Below the pieces are notes generated by a model. It was not told where the DNA came from. It did no database searches and saw nothing but the letters and a program-made list of their open reading frames with translations. Positions 27,082-39,318 of a stretch of 64,000 nucleotides of DNA are shown one piece after another (the stretch's first letter is position 1; the number at the start of each line of letters is the position of its first letter). Source of the stretch: Lepidodermella squamata (lineage: Eukaryota; Animalia; Gastrotricha); the NCBI GenBank assembly GCA_047495785.1, contig JBLDXI010000009.1:2542001-2606000 (forward strand), written 5' to 3'. Made by a program: the position numbers and the translations under genes.

Positions 27082-27181
27082 GCTCCAGTTGCATAGTTGG
27101 TTAGTGCGTCGTACTTATAAGCAGTACATGATTGTACGCTGAGTTATGCGAAGGTCGCGAGTTCGAGCCTCGCCTGGAGCA
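27082..27181 (+). tRNA. tRNA-Ile(UAU) with a 26-nt intron (27120-27145)
   Basis: Acceptor stem GCTCCAG/CTGGAGC+A; D arm; anticodon stem TCGTA/TGCGA with loop CT-TAT-A; intron at the canonical 37/38 position; GTTCGAG T-loop; followed by an oligo-T Pol III terminator. Confidence 0.95.
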
Positions 27182-27726
27182 ATTTTTTTTAATTTTTAAT
27201 GCCACACCTGTAGCTATCAGAACAGAGTTTTAACAAAAAATGCTGCAGCTTTTGATTAGTTCGTGTAATTGTTTGATGAATTGAATCTGGTACCTGGCGT
27301 TAGTCATACCCAAAAGCTACCTGGTAGAAAAATTGGCCCGCCAGGATCAGGAAATGTTTTCAAGACTCAAAGTTTTGCACTTTTCTTTCCATCAAACCCC
27401 GACAAGTAATATGTCTTCATGAACGATAAACACGTCGTTATTATCAACCGTAAATCAGCATAAATATCAGCATAGCGAATAAAATCAGAAATCATTATTC
27501 GCTGCTCCTATCGCAACACATCTGCTCGGTAAAATCAAATCAAGGCAAAAAAATTGATTTTTTATAATCAAGTTTCTATTTACTGTTAAAGTGCCCTTCG
27601 ATATTACGGTGATAGGAATGAAAGTTACATGGAAATTTATAAAAGTTTTAGCCAGAAGGTCTGGCACTAGCTTCGGAATAAGTAAAACAATTTTCACTTG
27701 TGAATTTCACTGATAAAAAATTCTGG

Positions 27727-30700
27727 ATGTTCGCGATTTTGACTGGCTTGTTTCTCTTATGGCTGAGCAATTTTACCTTGGGATTGCCAGCTCCAGTTCT
27801 ACTACTTCCGATAGACAGGTCGAGCGGCACGGCGGACATAGTTGGCGTTTCAACTCTCACCTGGGCAAAGCCGATGGTGCTTTCAAAGGAATTGGCCGGG
27901 CCCTTCGGTTACTTGCAATCCTCGGCCGTTCCAGTAGAAAACCAGTTTCACGGGCTTATTTCATACAAATTGCCAGAAGCTGCTACATTTGATTTTACGC
28001 ATTGTTTCTTTTTCCTCACGGATTCATTCAATAGCTCAATAGGAGTTTATTATTTGGACAAGGGTGGATGGTCAATTAGCTTAACTCTAAACACCCGACG
28101 TTGGGAATTCATACTTTATAGCTATATGTTGAATGCTAAAACTACTTTTAAGATCAGCGGCAATCCCCTAGCCAAGTATCTTTTTATCGCTGTATCGCTA
28201 GTCGATAGCAGTTATGTCACTGTAACTATTGGATCACAGCCAGATTACAAGCTATCGACATTTGGCCCGTATGAAATCGGCACAACTCCGAGTTGGTGGA
28301 ATTACGGAGTTGTATTCGGTACATCCCACCTCTCAAAAAACAACGTCACTCATCACGAAGCTTTCTCATGCATGGCTGCGTTTGAATCGAGACTTGGCAT
28401 CGACGACCTAAAGAATGCTATCGATATGTGCCGTGATCACCATGTGAATGCCTCAACCAGACAACCAGGCATAGTGTTTTTTATTACTTCAGCGTATTCA
28501 CGATATTTCTAATCCCAGCTACGCTGATCGGGCATTACTTCACAAATTTCAACTGGGATCCGTTTTACGCAATACCAGCAAGTCAGGAAAGAAGATTTAT
28601 ATCTGGCGAAGTTTCGAAACAGGTTTCTATCCCGGTGAAAATTTTTATAAATTACAGGGTCAATCTACATCGTTTCGAACGTTTACCTAACCCGAGTGAT
28701 CAAACCACAAACCATTGCGAACGTTTTTTCATTCTTTACATATCTTGTAAAGCTTGGAAGTGAAGGGAACAAAGCACCAACGAACAGTTTCGTTGTTAGT
28801 GAAATTTTGTTATTGGGCATTGCAAGGTCAATTCATATCCGGTTACATAACCCGATCATATCAAACAAGGGAACAATCGACCTTAAGCGTACTGGTAACG
28901 GTGGCTATGGTTTGGCGTCGGTTCTTGTTTTTAGTGTCTAAAGATCCCTTCCCCGCGTCCTCTTTCACGCCTTTTCAACTCTCAACTTAATTTTTGGGCC
29001 TCGAAATGAAAATTTTTTACGCGCTGATCTCACTCTGATTGGGTTGTCGATCGAATTGAAACTGAAAGACCGGATACTTACTACATACAAATTTTTTTTA
29101 TCAAGGTGAGTGGACTGCTAAGAAAAGCCGACATACCGCTACTTTCCGGCGTGCCTGTTGAATTATTCGAAATAAAATCATATGTCATCGAGGCCGGGGA
29201 CAAGTTACGAGTGACTTTCATTGCCTCTGTTGAGCTGTCTCTAAAATATGAACAAGATAAATCGCATGAGGCTCTGTGCCGTTACTTGGAAGAACGAATC
29301 CAATCGCCTGCGATCAAAGTCTCATCAATCTGTCTAGGTAAGAGTTGTCTCAGAAATTGTTCTAGGTGACTCGCTCAATCTTTCAGAGCTTTTACATCCC
29401 AAACCGGCTTCCCTTGTCGCGCTGTGGCCATTCAATGAAAAGTACAAACTACGAGATATCGGGCCTAACAAATTACGCCAAAAGTTACCGAGCGATGCCG
29501 TGAAGTTAGTCGAAGGACCTTTCGCTTCTAAGAAGACTGGCCTGACTAGCGCGCAGTTCTCAATTGACATCACTGAACTTCGATACAGCATTGGAAAAGG
29601 CTGGACACTGGCCATTTTCGTTCGCAAAAGTGCGCAGTTGGCGCGGCGAATGCTATTCAAAATGGAAGGATTGTACTTCTCGTTATCCATCGACGAAAGC
29701 GGCGGGATTGAGATGAAAACACGAAAAGCAGGGAGTTACTCGCTGCCAGCAGCCGTTTTGCCAGTTGGAGAATGGACCTACCTAGCAATAACTCAAACCG
29801 AATTCGCGCTGGCGGCGTACAATTACTTCGGGCAAATTTTCTCTGAAAGAGATTCGACGTTTTTACCAACTGATGCATTCGGGCTGGACCTATTTTCAAG
29901 CAGCGATGAAATATCGTGTCTATCCATTTACGGCGAGCCTCTTGACCATGATGAGATAATGAAAGTTTACGATGCATGCCGCGGCATGATGACTCCTCTT
30001 CAAATGGGCCAATCGGTTGATAGTTCAGGGAATCTTCAGTTGCCTTCAGACTCAATCTCGCAACCTTCGTGCAGTTGGAAAATTTTCCCATATTTTCGCC
30101 TCGAAAATAATTGTATATCGGCAATTTTGGATGAGCACAGCTTGATAACCCTTGAATCCTGCGCAATTCTTAGTAATTCATCCATTCTGAGTACTAAAAA
30201 CGGGTTGGCGATTGTGCGAATCGAGAAACCAATCAATATTAGCCCGAAGCGTAGTAATAATATTGGGCTATTCACGACATTTGCAGGGATTGACGCAATA
30301 TGGTATCAAACCGTCTATATCTATGGCCATAAGGGTTCAACTTGCGAAGCGGAATACTTTGTCGGCCATGTTACGACGGCTGAACCCGAATGTCGAATAA
30401 CAGATGATTTCATTTGTGTTAAGCCAAGTCCACAAGATAACTTCACAGCTTGTAACTTGTTTCCAGGATCAACTCTATCTTTCTTGACAACTCCGGATCC
30501 TGTTACACAATCAACATCGAGATTTCTTTTGGTTTGTTGTTGGAATTCCCTTATTTTCGAATTTTGAACTTGATTTTTTCCTAGGGTGGCATGTATCTTG
30601 GCGATGAAAATTGTGAATCCTCAAAGTTTCTACGCTTTGTCAGTATTGTCAAGTTGAATAGATGGGTTCAAGATACAGTTGCTTGCGGATTCAACCATGC

Positions 30701-31010
30701 CTCGGGTTCGTCGTGCCCATATGGCTCGTTTTCTACAACAGCTGCAACTACTAAAACTACAAAAATCGCTACTCGGACAACTGCTTTGGGTGTATCTAAT
30801 TCAATGACTGGACGAATTTCTGCATCTACGCCGCCTGTGACTGAGCTCGCTACGGTGACTTCCCCGAAAGGATCCATCGAAACCTCCAGTTTGTTGGCTT
30901 CTACTGTAGTTCCCAACACTGCAATCGCAACCAAGATGGCAACACTTTGCTTTGGAGAACTTGGTTGGTTAATTTTGGAATTCTTGATTCTTAGTTGGAT
31001 TGTGGATTGA
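27727..31010 (+). CDS. Orphan secreted/membrane protein with two LamG/ConA-like (Laminin_G_3-type) domains, a Cys-rich region, a Ser/Thr-rich stalk and a hydrophobic C-terminus; multi-exon
   Basis: Signal peptide MFAILTGLFLLWLSNFTLG. Two related segments, PVLLLPID..GTADIVG..LAGPFG..FSCMAAFESRL and LVALWPFNEKYKLRDIG..VEGPFA..ISCLSIYGEPL. Thr-rich tail at 30730-30940. Internal splice sites are not fully resolved. Confidence 0.65.
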
Positions 31011-31509
31011 AAAGACTTCAAACCGGTATAAACGTCAGCTTGTCACGTGAATAAAGCTTTGGAAATTGTTAAATAGGTGGAGCCAGTGATTAATTGATTG
31101 ATTGATGTATTGAAAGTATGTGCGAGAAAGAACTGTTCGATTTAACTGAACTGAATGGCATATTGTAAAATTGGATCTTATTAAATATTCCTCCTAATAT
31201 TATCGACACAAAGCCGTACAGGCGAATGCTGAAAATAATCGAAAAATGGAATAACATCCCGAGAGACGCCTTCCCTAACGTTGTTGATATAGAGTTTTTA
31301 AAGGCCAGATGAACGATCTAGGCCACCACAGTCTAGACTCTCAATTCTAGTGGCTCAACTATTTGGAATTTGGACCCTTTCTCGAAATGATGTCAGCCGT
31401 CAAAAGCACATGTGATTCATCGCGACTTTTTACACGCAAAAAATGATTTCACAATATTTGATTTATTCAATTATTATAATTTATAGTCTTTCGAGTGTTC
31501 TTTTAGTTT

Positions 31510-32026
31510 TTAGTTGGAGACGCTGACCGACTTGCTGAAGGAGTACGAGCCCTTGTTGGCCTTGCGACCGCCGAACTTGCCGTGGCCGAACTTGCCGCCC
31601 TTGCGGCCGTAGCCGAAGTTCTTGCCGTGCCTGCCGAACTTGCGACCGCCGAAGCGCTTGTTCTTGCCCCAGCGGTTGCCGGAGAACGAGACCGACTTGG
31701 AGTAAGAAACAGACTTGGAGACGGACTTGGAGTAGGACCCGCGGCGCTTGTTCATCTTGCGGCCGCCGAACTTCTTGCCGCCGTGGAACTTCTTCGGGGC
31801 GAACTTCTTGCTGAAGCCGCGATTGTTCTCGTAGGATCGGCTCGCCGAGGCGCTGACCTTCTTCTCGTAGTTGCGGTGCATTTCTTTCGATTCGACATTC
31901 CAGACCTTGGCCTCGGAGTAGGCTGAAAGGAGAATGTAGAGCGTTACGTTATCGTCGGAAATAAAGTTTAATAAAGTTACCAAGTCCGAGCAAGACGACA
32001 ACGGCAATAGCGAGGAAAGCACGCAT
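31510..32026 (-). CDS. Secreted cationic Lys/Gly/Ser/Phe-rich protein, copy C (152 aa). Exons 32026-31981, 31922-31510
   Basis: Same structure as copy A; TATAAAA and AATAAA present. Confidence 0.9.
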
Positions 32027-33415
32027 TGTTATTGAAGGAGAATCGGTTGAAGAAAAAATTATTAATTTGAAGCGAGAGATTGCTGATGATTTTGAACATG
32101 GCTTTCGCTGCTTTTATACCATAGTCCTCGGCTTTAATTGGAATAATCCAGAAAGAGTTCGACCGCATTAATTAGTTATTATGCCGTAATTCGCTTTCGC
32201 ATCTGAAAATGATTAGCGAACGTCTTCGGTCTATAATGAGAATATCGCAATTTCAGTAACTGAAATTAAATGACGTTGGAATCCTTTTCTGACACCCATA
32301 GCGTCGTGGCGGGAAATTTACTTTTTCTGCGAGAATTTAGAATTTTCTGCGTCCATCAGGAACGCATTGTAAACTGCAGTCGTTTACCTTTTCAGCTTTT
32401 CGAAATCGAAAGATTATAATATCTTTGCTGAAATTCCACGCCTTGCCGGATTTCGAATAGCGTAAATCTGGACAGCAATTGAGTTTTTGGAAAATCTTAT
32501 ACTATAATCGAATAATGGAATAATCGTGATCGGAAAGTTGTTCAAAATAATCGCGATAAAAAACCCAAAAGTGACGCTTCATAAGAGGTTATTTACGCAT
32601 CCGCCCACAACGGTATCGTGAAAGATTGGAGTCTCGTCCACTTGGAACCGTGTTCGCACCTTACATTTATACATCGGATTGCGTTTAATTCTCTATGAGA
32701 TGAAATCTATGAAATCCCAGTCAAAACCCTGTGTGCCTAGGCTACGCCTATGCTAGGCTTCTCATTTCTAGGCCCAGGCTGGGCTCGAATTTGGCCGCTT
32801 TTTCGGGCCCAGTCTAGGCTTTACTGGGCCTACAGTAGGCCTAGACCCAGAGGTACACGTAATAATAATTAAGTCTGGCTACCCCTGCTCCCCGAGCTCT
32901 CAGGTGCCGGTAACCATTGCAGATCGACTCGTAACGGTATAAACTATGACCTGCTGGATGCTAAAATTACTACTCTGCATTTATTTTTCCAACAGAAAGA
33001 GTGACAATTTCTGCTATTATTCTGCTGCGGTTGGCTCTTCCCTGAATCATCAATTAAATCCCTTGTGGGCAAATTGTAAAAAATTATCCAAATAAGGGAA
33101 CACAAGGTGTGCCAGGTATCGTTAGATAGAGGGCCGGCTCTAGTATTTATGAGCAGAAATACAAAAAATGTAGGAGGTAACAGTGGCTTTTTTATTTTCA
33201 AAATTAATGGGTGGACAGGGCGTTGGGTGGCATAAAAAGTAGTCGTGTGCCGCACTCTTTGCAAATTCAGCTCGAATCAGTAGTGTATGGAAAAAAAACA
33301 GCGCAGTCAAACATACATTCAACTAAATTTATTGTACTCTCAGTTCAGAAAACTAGGTAATCAAACTAATCAAAACGTTCGTCTCTCAGATTATTTCAAG
33401 CGGTAAACCAAAACG

Positions 33416-35132
33416 TTAGTATCGCGGGACAAGCTTGACATGGACGCCATTAATAGGTCGAAGCGTACTGTTTTTCGAGCCGACCTGCAGCTCCCCACCC
33501 GGGTAGCCGCCATCAGGTAAATCGATTCGGAATCTCAGGAGCATATTGACAACGGTCTGTTTCAACTCGAGCAGAGCCAATCGCCGACCAAGACAGATTT
33601 TAGGACCGTAGCCAAATCCGAGAAACGCCGCATTAGGCCTCGACTCAGCTTGCTCACCCAGAAATCGCTCAGGATAGAAGCGATTCGTATCAACCGGCCC
33701 CCAAAGCGCTTCGTTATGATGAACAGACCAGATATCGATTTGGACTATAGGGATGGATTTGGGTACGTTTAAGCCGCAAATCGACGTGTCAGACATAACG
33801 AATCGATTGACAACGTTGGTGCCTACCGGGTAGAGACGAACTGTTTCATTGCAAACAGCGTCCAGGTACGGCATTTGGTGGGTGATGATGTCGTAGTCAG
33901 CCTTCGGGAAACCGTCGCCACTTCCGACTGATTTCGGCAATTTTTCAGTGATTTCTTGATATAACTTCTCCTGAACGTTCTGATTCTTGGCTAGTAGATA
34001 GGATAGAAAGCTCAACGTAATGCTTGTGGTATCATATCCAGCGACGAAAAGAACGATGCACTGGGCTAGAATTTCGATTTCCGACATTGTCTTCAATTTG
34101 GCAGATCCAGCAGGTTCAGTTTCGTCGGGTTTCGCGTCGATCATCATTTGAAGAATATCATTTCGTTTAGAACTGGATGCACGTCGCTGAGAAATCATTT
34201 GTTTGACAGCGTTGGAAACGTAGCCAATAGGGCCTAATATGCCGGCAAGAAATTTGGCCTGAATTAGGAAAATTCGTCGAATCAATGGGATAAGCTCAGG
34301 CATGAAAAACGCGACCATAACCATAGTAGATGGATTACCGCCGACTTGGACAAATTTGCGGAGCTTTTCCAAGATAAGATTGCCCTTTCCTCGATTTTTC
34401 ACGGCCTGGAGCTCCAATCCAAATGCTGTTTCAGCTATCACATCCAAGGTCAAGTATTGAAAGCACTCGCGAATTTCGAAGTCTTTTCCAGATCTAATAC
34501 ATAGTTGATGTTTGACATTCAATTGGCTTATCAAATCTACCTCGCCTTTTCTTCGAAAAGTTCCATCAAATCAGCCTGGCTTTGCTGCAATAGCGGCATG
34601 TACGATTTCAGCTTGGCAGACGAGAACGCCGGGTTCAGTATTGTCCGAAGCCGTTTCCAAGTCTCGCCTCTTTGTAAAATAAGTCCATGAGCCATGAAAA
34701 ATGTTTCTCGTTCATTGGGTTCAAGCTGAATGGGAATTACCTGTAACGAAACGTTAAATTATTTTTTCAGATTATTACAGCTTTTCAAACCATTCGCCCT
34801 TGGAAATCTGAAAATTGCTTGACACAAATCTGCTCAATAGCTTCAAGGTTGCTCGTAACCAGAACTGGCGTTGCGCCAAGATAAATGCCGTAAAATTCGC
34901 CGTATATCTTCGACCATTCAGCAGTCACCAGGTGGCGATCATTTTGAATTAATCGGCGAACATTGCCGAACAGCCAATGCGGCTCAGGTCCAGGAATGCC
35001 TAGCTTCTTGAAAACTCGGTGGCACCAAAATTTTCGGTACAAATAGAAAGCTCCGACAAATCCGGCAATTGCCGTTACTGCCAGTTGAATTCCACTGGGC
35101 CGAAAATTTGTTTCATACAGCGAAGAGTACAT
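33416..35132 (-). CDS. Cytochrome P450, clan 3, paralogue 5. Exons 35132-34791, 34740-34541, 34493-33416
   Basis: AGYDTT, ETVR, PERF, FGYGPKICLG; conserved intron positions. Confidence 0.95.
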
Positions 35133-35789
35133 TTCACTAAAAGTTTCAGCTTTATCAAAGTTTGATGCCTAGTTTCAGATGCGTTTCTCGGAAAGAATCA
35201 GCGCATAAAGAACTCTGTACTTCAGGTTTGAATTCGAATAAAATGAAGAATGTTTCGTTGCTGCTTTTCCTCTGAAGCGCTTTATATATTGCGCAGACGC
35301 ATAATGATTAATGCATATTATTCTTGCCATTTGCAGCAAAACGACAAAATGCGGCTGAGTAGAGAGACACATTTTTTCATCATGCACATGTACACTGGGT
35401 TCTATACATCTGCTTTGACTAAGATGGTTTTTCAGTAGCTTTCAACTGAAAGGGAGTGTGAGATAGTTTTAAATCGCCTGGTTTGAGACAGAGCTAACTC
35501 TTATTAACAACTATAATGGGAAAGCTAAAGCATCATGGCCTATCAAAGCGAAGAGTAAATTTCGGACAAAACCGTGTGTTTCGAGGAGTAAAAATCAGCC
35601 TAAATCCAGCAAATTTTGAAGTTTCCAAAGCAGGTGATTCCGGATTTATATGCTATAATTTTCGCGATTTTAAGAATTATAGCTGAATTTTGAAAATTTA
35701 CCATTTCTGCATCATGTGGGACATTCAGCGGATAAATTTGGACGCAAAATTTTAAGGAAAACATATGTTCGCCCAGTTGCATTTCTATA

Positions 35790-35960
35790 CAGGGTGGCCA
35801 AAAATTCCGCAGTAGGCGAATTCGATGCGCATTATTCTAATGAGGAGTTTCAAGATATTGAGAAGTTTCATTGGCAAAAGAAATGCTTGAAATTCTTCTT
35901 AAACTCCTCATTAAATTGATGCGCATCGAATTCGCCTACTGTGGAATTTTGGCCACCCTG
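35790..35960. mobile_element. Tc1/mariner-type MITE, 171 bp, with TA target-site duplication
   Basis: TA-CAGGGTGGCCAAAAATTCCGCAGTAGGCGAATTCGATGCGCAT ... ATGCGCATCGAATTCGCCTACTGTGGAATTTTGGCCACCCTG-TA. Confidence 0.9.
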
Positions 35961-36039
35961 TACAGCGCGTCCAATTAGTTGTGCAATCAATTTTTTAAGA
36001 TAAATCTAATCATCCTTTCAACCTTTGCCGGATAAATTG

Positions 36040-36270
36040 AAAATTTACCTTGGAAAACCCGAAAAACCCCGATGGTAACTAATTTTCGGTATTTTGCCCG
36101 GTTGGACTTTATTTTTCCGGATTTTTATCCAATGTTGACAAGTGACATATTTTATTTCTATTCTCATGGCACATTGTATTTTTCTAAGATTTTTCTGACC
36201 GTGAGATATGACTTCGCCACTCATTTCAGAGTTTTTGATCCCTTTTCCGTTCATTTTCTTGTTTGCGTTA
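36040..36270 (+). repeat. Dispersed ~230-bp repeat; diverged direct copy at ~53313-53552
   Basis: Colinear blocks AAATTTACC..AAAACCCCGATG..TAATTTTCGGT..ATGGCA..TGAGATA..TGACTTC..CCTTTTCCGT..TTGTTTGCGTTA occur in both places. Confidence 0.75.
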
Positions 36271-39200
36271 TTTAAGAGACCTTCAGGTGATGCCCTGCAA
36301 AAACCAATCGTCAAACTTCATTTTCTTATTGAGAGAACAACGCCGTAGGAATGCGAATTTCATCTCACAATGGTTGTTTGTTAGGGAGATATGAGTCCTG
36401 ATCGAAATCCGAATTCGCACAGCTTATAATATTTCTCAAAAATCAATTATCACTCCATTCAACCTAGGCCTAATGCAATTCGAAAGCTCGAAAGATGGCG
36501 AATTTTTTGCGTAGGAAGCCTCAAGTTTCCAAAGTTTCCCTATCCAAAATGTTCGTAGTCCTTCTTTATAGAAATATCCAGTGTCGATGCTTTTGTCTTC
36601 CGAGTTCATTGCTTTAATCGAAGGATCAAGGACAATAGGAAAAACGTCGCTCTTTTCCAGGTGAATCACCTGTGTATGTACGCAACTCGGTGTTGGATCG
36701 ATGCCCAAGTTTAGCGTAAAGCGCTGCTTTTGTCATGATGCGATGGGTGATTAAATTAAAGTGCATAATTATTTAATAATAATCGCCATGTTTTGGCGCT
36801 GCCTACCAATATAGGACTCATGCTCATTCCCTGGCGACACGTATATAGCAGTTTATTATGCCGAGACAATGAGCGTTTTTAACAAGCTTTTAGCGCCCTG
36901 TAATATACGCCTAATCGAAAAGCGTGGCTACAAAAAGAATAATTAATCATTATTCGAGCGCGCGCTGATCTTTTAGCTGTTAATTTTCGCCGAAATTCCC
37001 GTTGAATTATTAACCAGTCAATTATATCAAACCGGCCCGAAGTATAGCTCTAAAGACCGCACTAACATATTGATCATGCGTATTATATTTATCATCATCA
37101 TCTGCAAAATTATTATATTGGCCGTGAATAATTAATTCCGCTCACAATTTGTCACGTTCAAAGTTCCATTAGTATCGCATTCGTTTAAATTAATTCAACT
37201 GTTATTAAACTTTTATTACCTGGCAATAAAATAATTTTCTCGCTTGTTATTTTTTTGTGTTGCGCTATTTTGCGGCAAATAAGCCTCGCTGCCACTCGAC
37301 GCATAGGTACCTCTATATAGTAAGTACGCAGGCATTGGCAGGACTAAATTAAATTAAAAATTATTTTCTCGACGCGTCACATACACTCAAATGAGCAAAA
37401 TAGTCAAACAGTTACGCTCGGCTGTGCGAGAGCTCATATTATTATATAATAAAAGTAATTTAATAGCAATAATATGAGTTTTCCCTCCTCATCATCATCA
37501 CCGTTCTTGATGAAGATATTTTCGCATAAACCTCCTTATGTGCCTTTCATTCATATATAGTGTACGGCGTAATCTTTTCTTGACAAATGTTTTCACGGCA
37601 ACGACGGTTGGTCATATATAGTTGACACGATCGCAGGTGAATGTCTCGCGCGTCGAGGGCGCAGGATTAATTTGTTGCGCTTAATGAAAAGTGCGCGCGT
37701 TAGATTAGAATATTTTGCGCGCATACTATATGTATCATGGACAAACCAACCTGCCTATAGTGCGCTAAAATGCGAAATCATAATAACAATAAATAGCCGA
37801 GATATATACTGGTGGTCGTCGTATGTATATAAAGTAGCTCGTAATGAAAGTTTAATTAAGAAGCCATTTGCAGCGCGAAAAGTAATTCCGATTCAATAAA
37901 CACAATAATACGCGCGCCTCAATTTCTCATTGCTCAGCTCTCAGCCTGTATTGCATGCTTTTCACGTAAAAGAATCAAAATATTTCACCTTTTATTATCG
38001 TGTCTCGCGTAGCTTTATACCAACATAAAAGTTCATCAACTAGGAATATAGACCGGCTTAATATAATCATAAGGCGATCTAAACTAAAACTTTAATATTA
38101 CATGATTAATGCCATTTTTAAGTGGAGCGCATGTTGTTAATATGAGTATACGCAAAAATTTGCAGCAGCAGCAAAACCGCACCAGAGAGTGCCGGTCAAT
38201 AGCGGCGCGCAATGTTGGTGTATTAAAATAAAAAGCCCTCTTATTTATATTATATTAATATTAAATTTAATAAAGGCGCGCAAAAGCGTATGCGCGCACA
38301 CCTGTGTAGTGTATATAATATAATATGGTAATGCCTAATATAAAAAGCCGATGATATTGATGATGGCGATGGCGGCAACGAAAAGTGTGTGATAAAACAA
38401 ATGAGCAAGAATTACCGAGCCGAGTCGTTTATTTACCAGCGACACGAATAGAGATAGATACCTACTATATACCTAATGCTGCACGCAGATTTTTGTAATA
38501 ATTTGTCATAACAAATAATAATGATGATAATGTGCAATAAATAAAAATTGAGCAGCCGCCAGCAGCGTGAGATGTGTCGCCAAATAAAAAGATAAACACT
38601 ACCGCGCTATTTACAATTGGTGCTTGTTATTGTTAAATTAATATTATTATTTGATTACTTTTATTGCGCGCCCCGAGCCGAGGCGCGTCGAATTATTGCG
38701 CGAAATTGAGCTGCCACTTGACAGTCAGATGATATACACCCAATAAAATAAGACACTTGTTCCAGAAAAAACGTTTATTTCTTTTATCCTTTTATCAATA
38801 ATAATTAATTATAGCAATAATTTACATTTGACACGATGATGATGACACGACGATGATGAGAGAAAAATTTGCGTCTTCTCCGAGTACATTAATAATTACA
38901 TTTTTTTTTATGAAATAAATAATTGAGGAAAGAGATAGAGAGATGAGAAGGAACACATCATGAAAAAAGTGACCTACGCTAACGCAAGGAAGATGCCCTA
39001 AAATTTCAGTCAAGGGGGACAACAAGCAAAAATATTGCACAATTTTTTTAAATTTTATCAACAAAGAAATCTACCTTAAAAACAGGCATTGAGTGGTGCA
39101 ATAATTATAGACAATACTATAACACAAATTAGATGTCAGATCAACTGCTGTATTTTTTTTCGTTCATCATCGAGCGAGAGAGAGACAAATCGAAAAAAAA

Positions 39201-39318
39201 CGAGAATAAATATATATAATAAATCGCGAGATAACATCGATGTGTCTGATTGATTGATTGATTCAAATTAATTTTTTTATATAATAACATTTTTTTGAGA
39301 GAAAGAAACACAAAAAGT

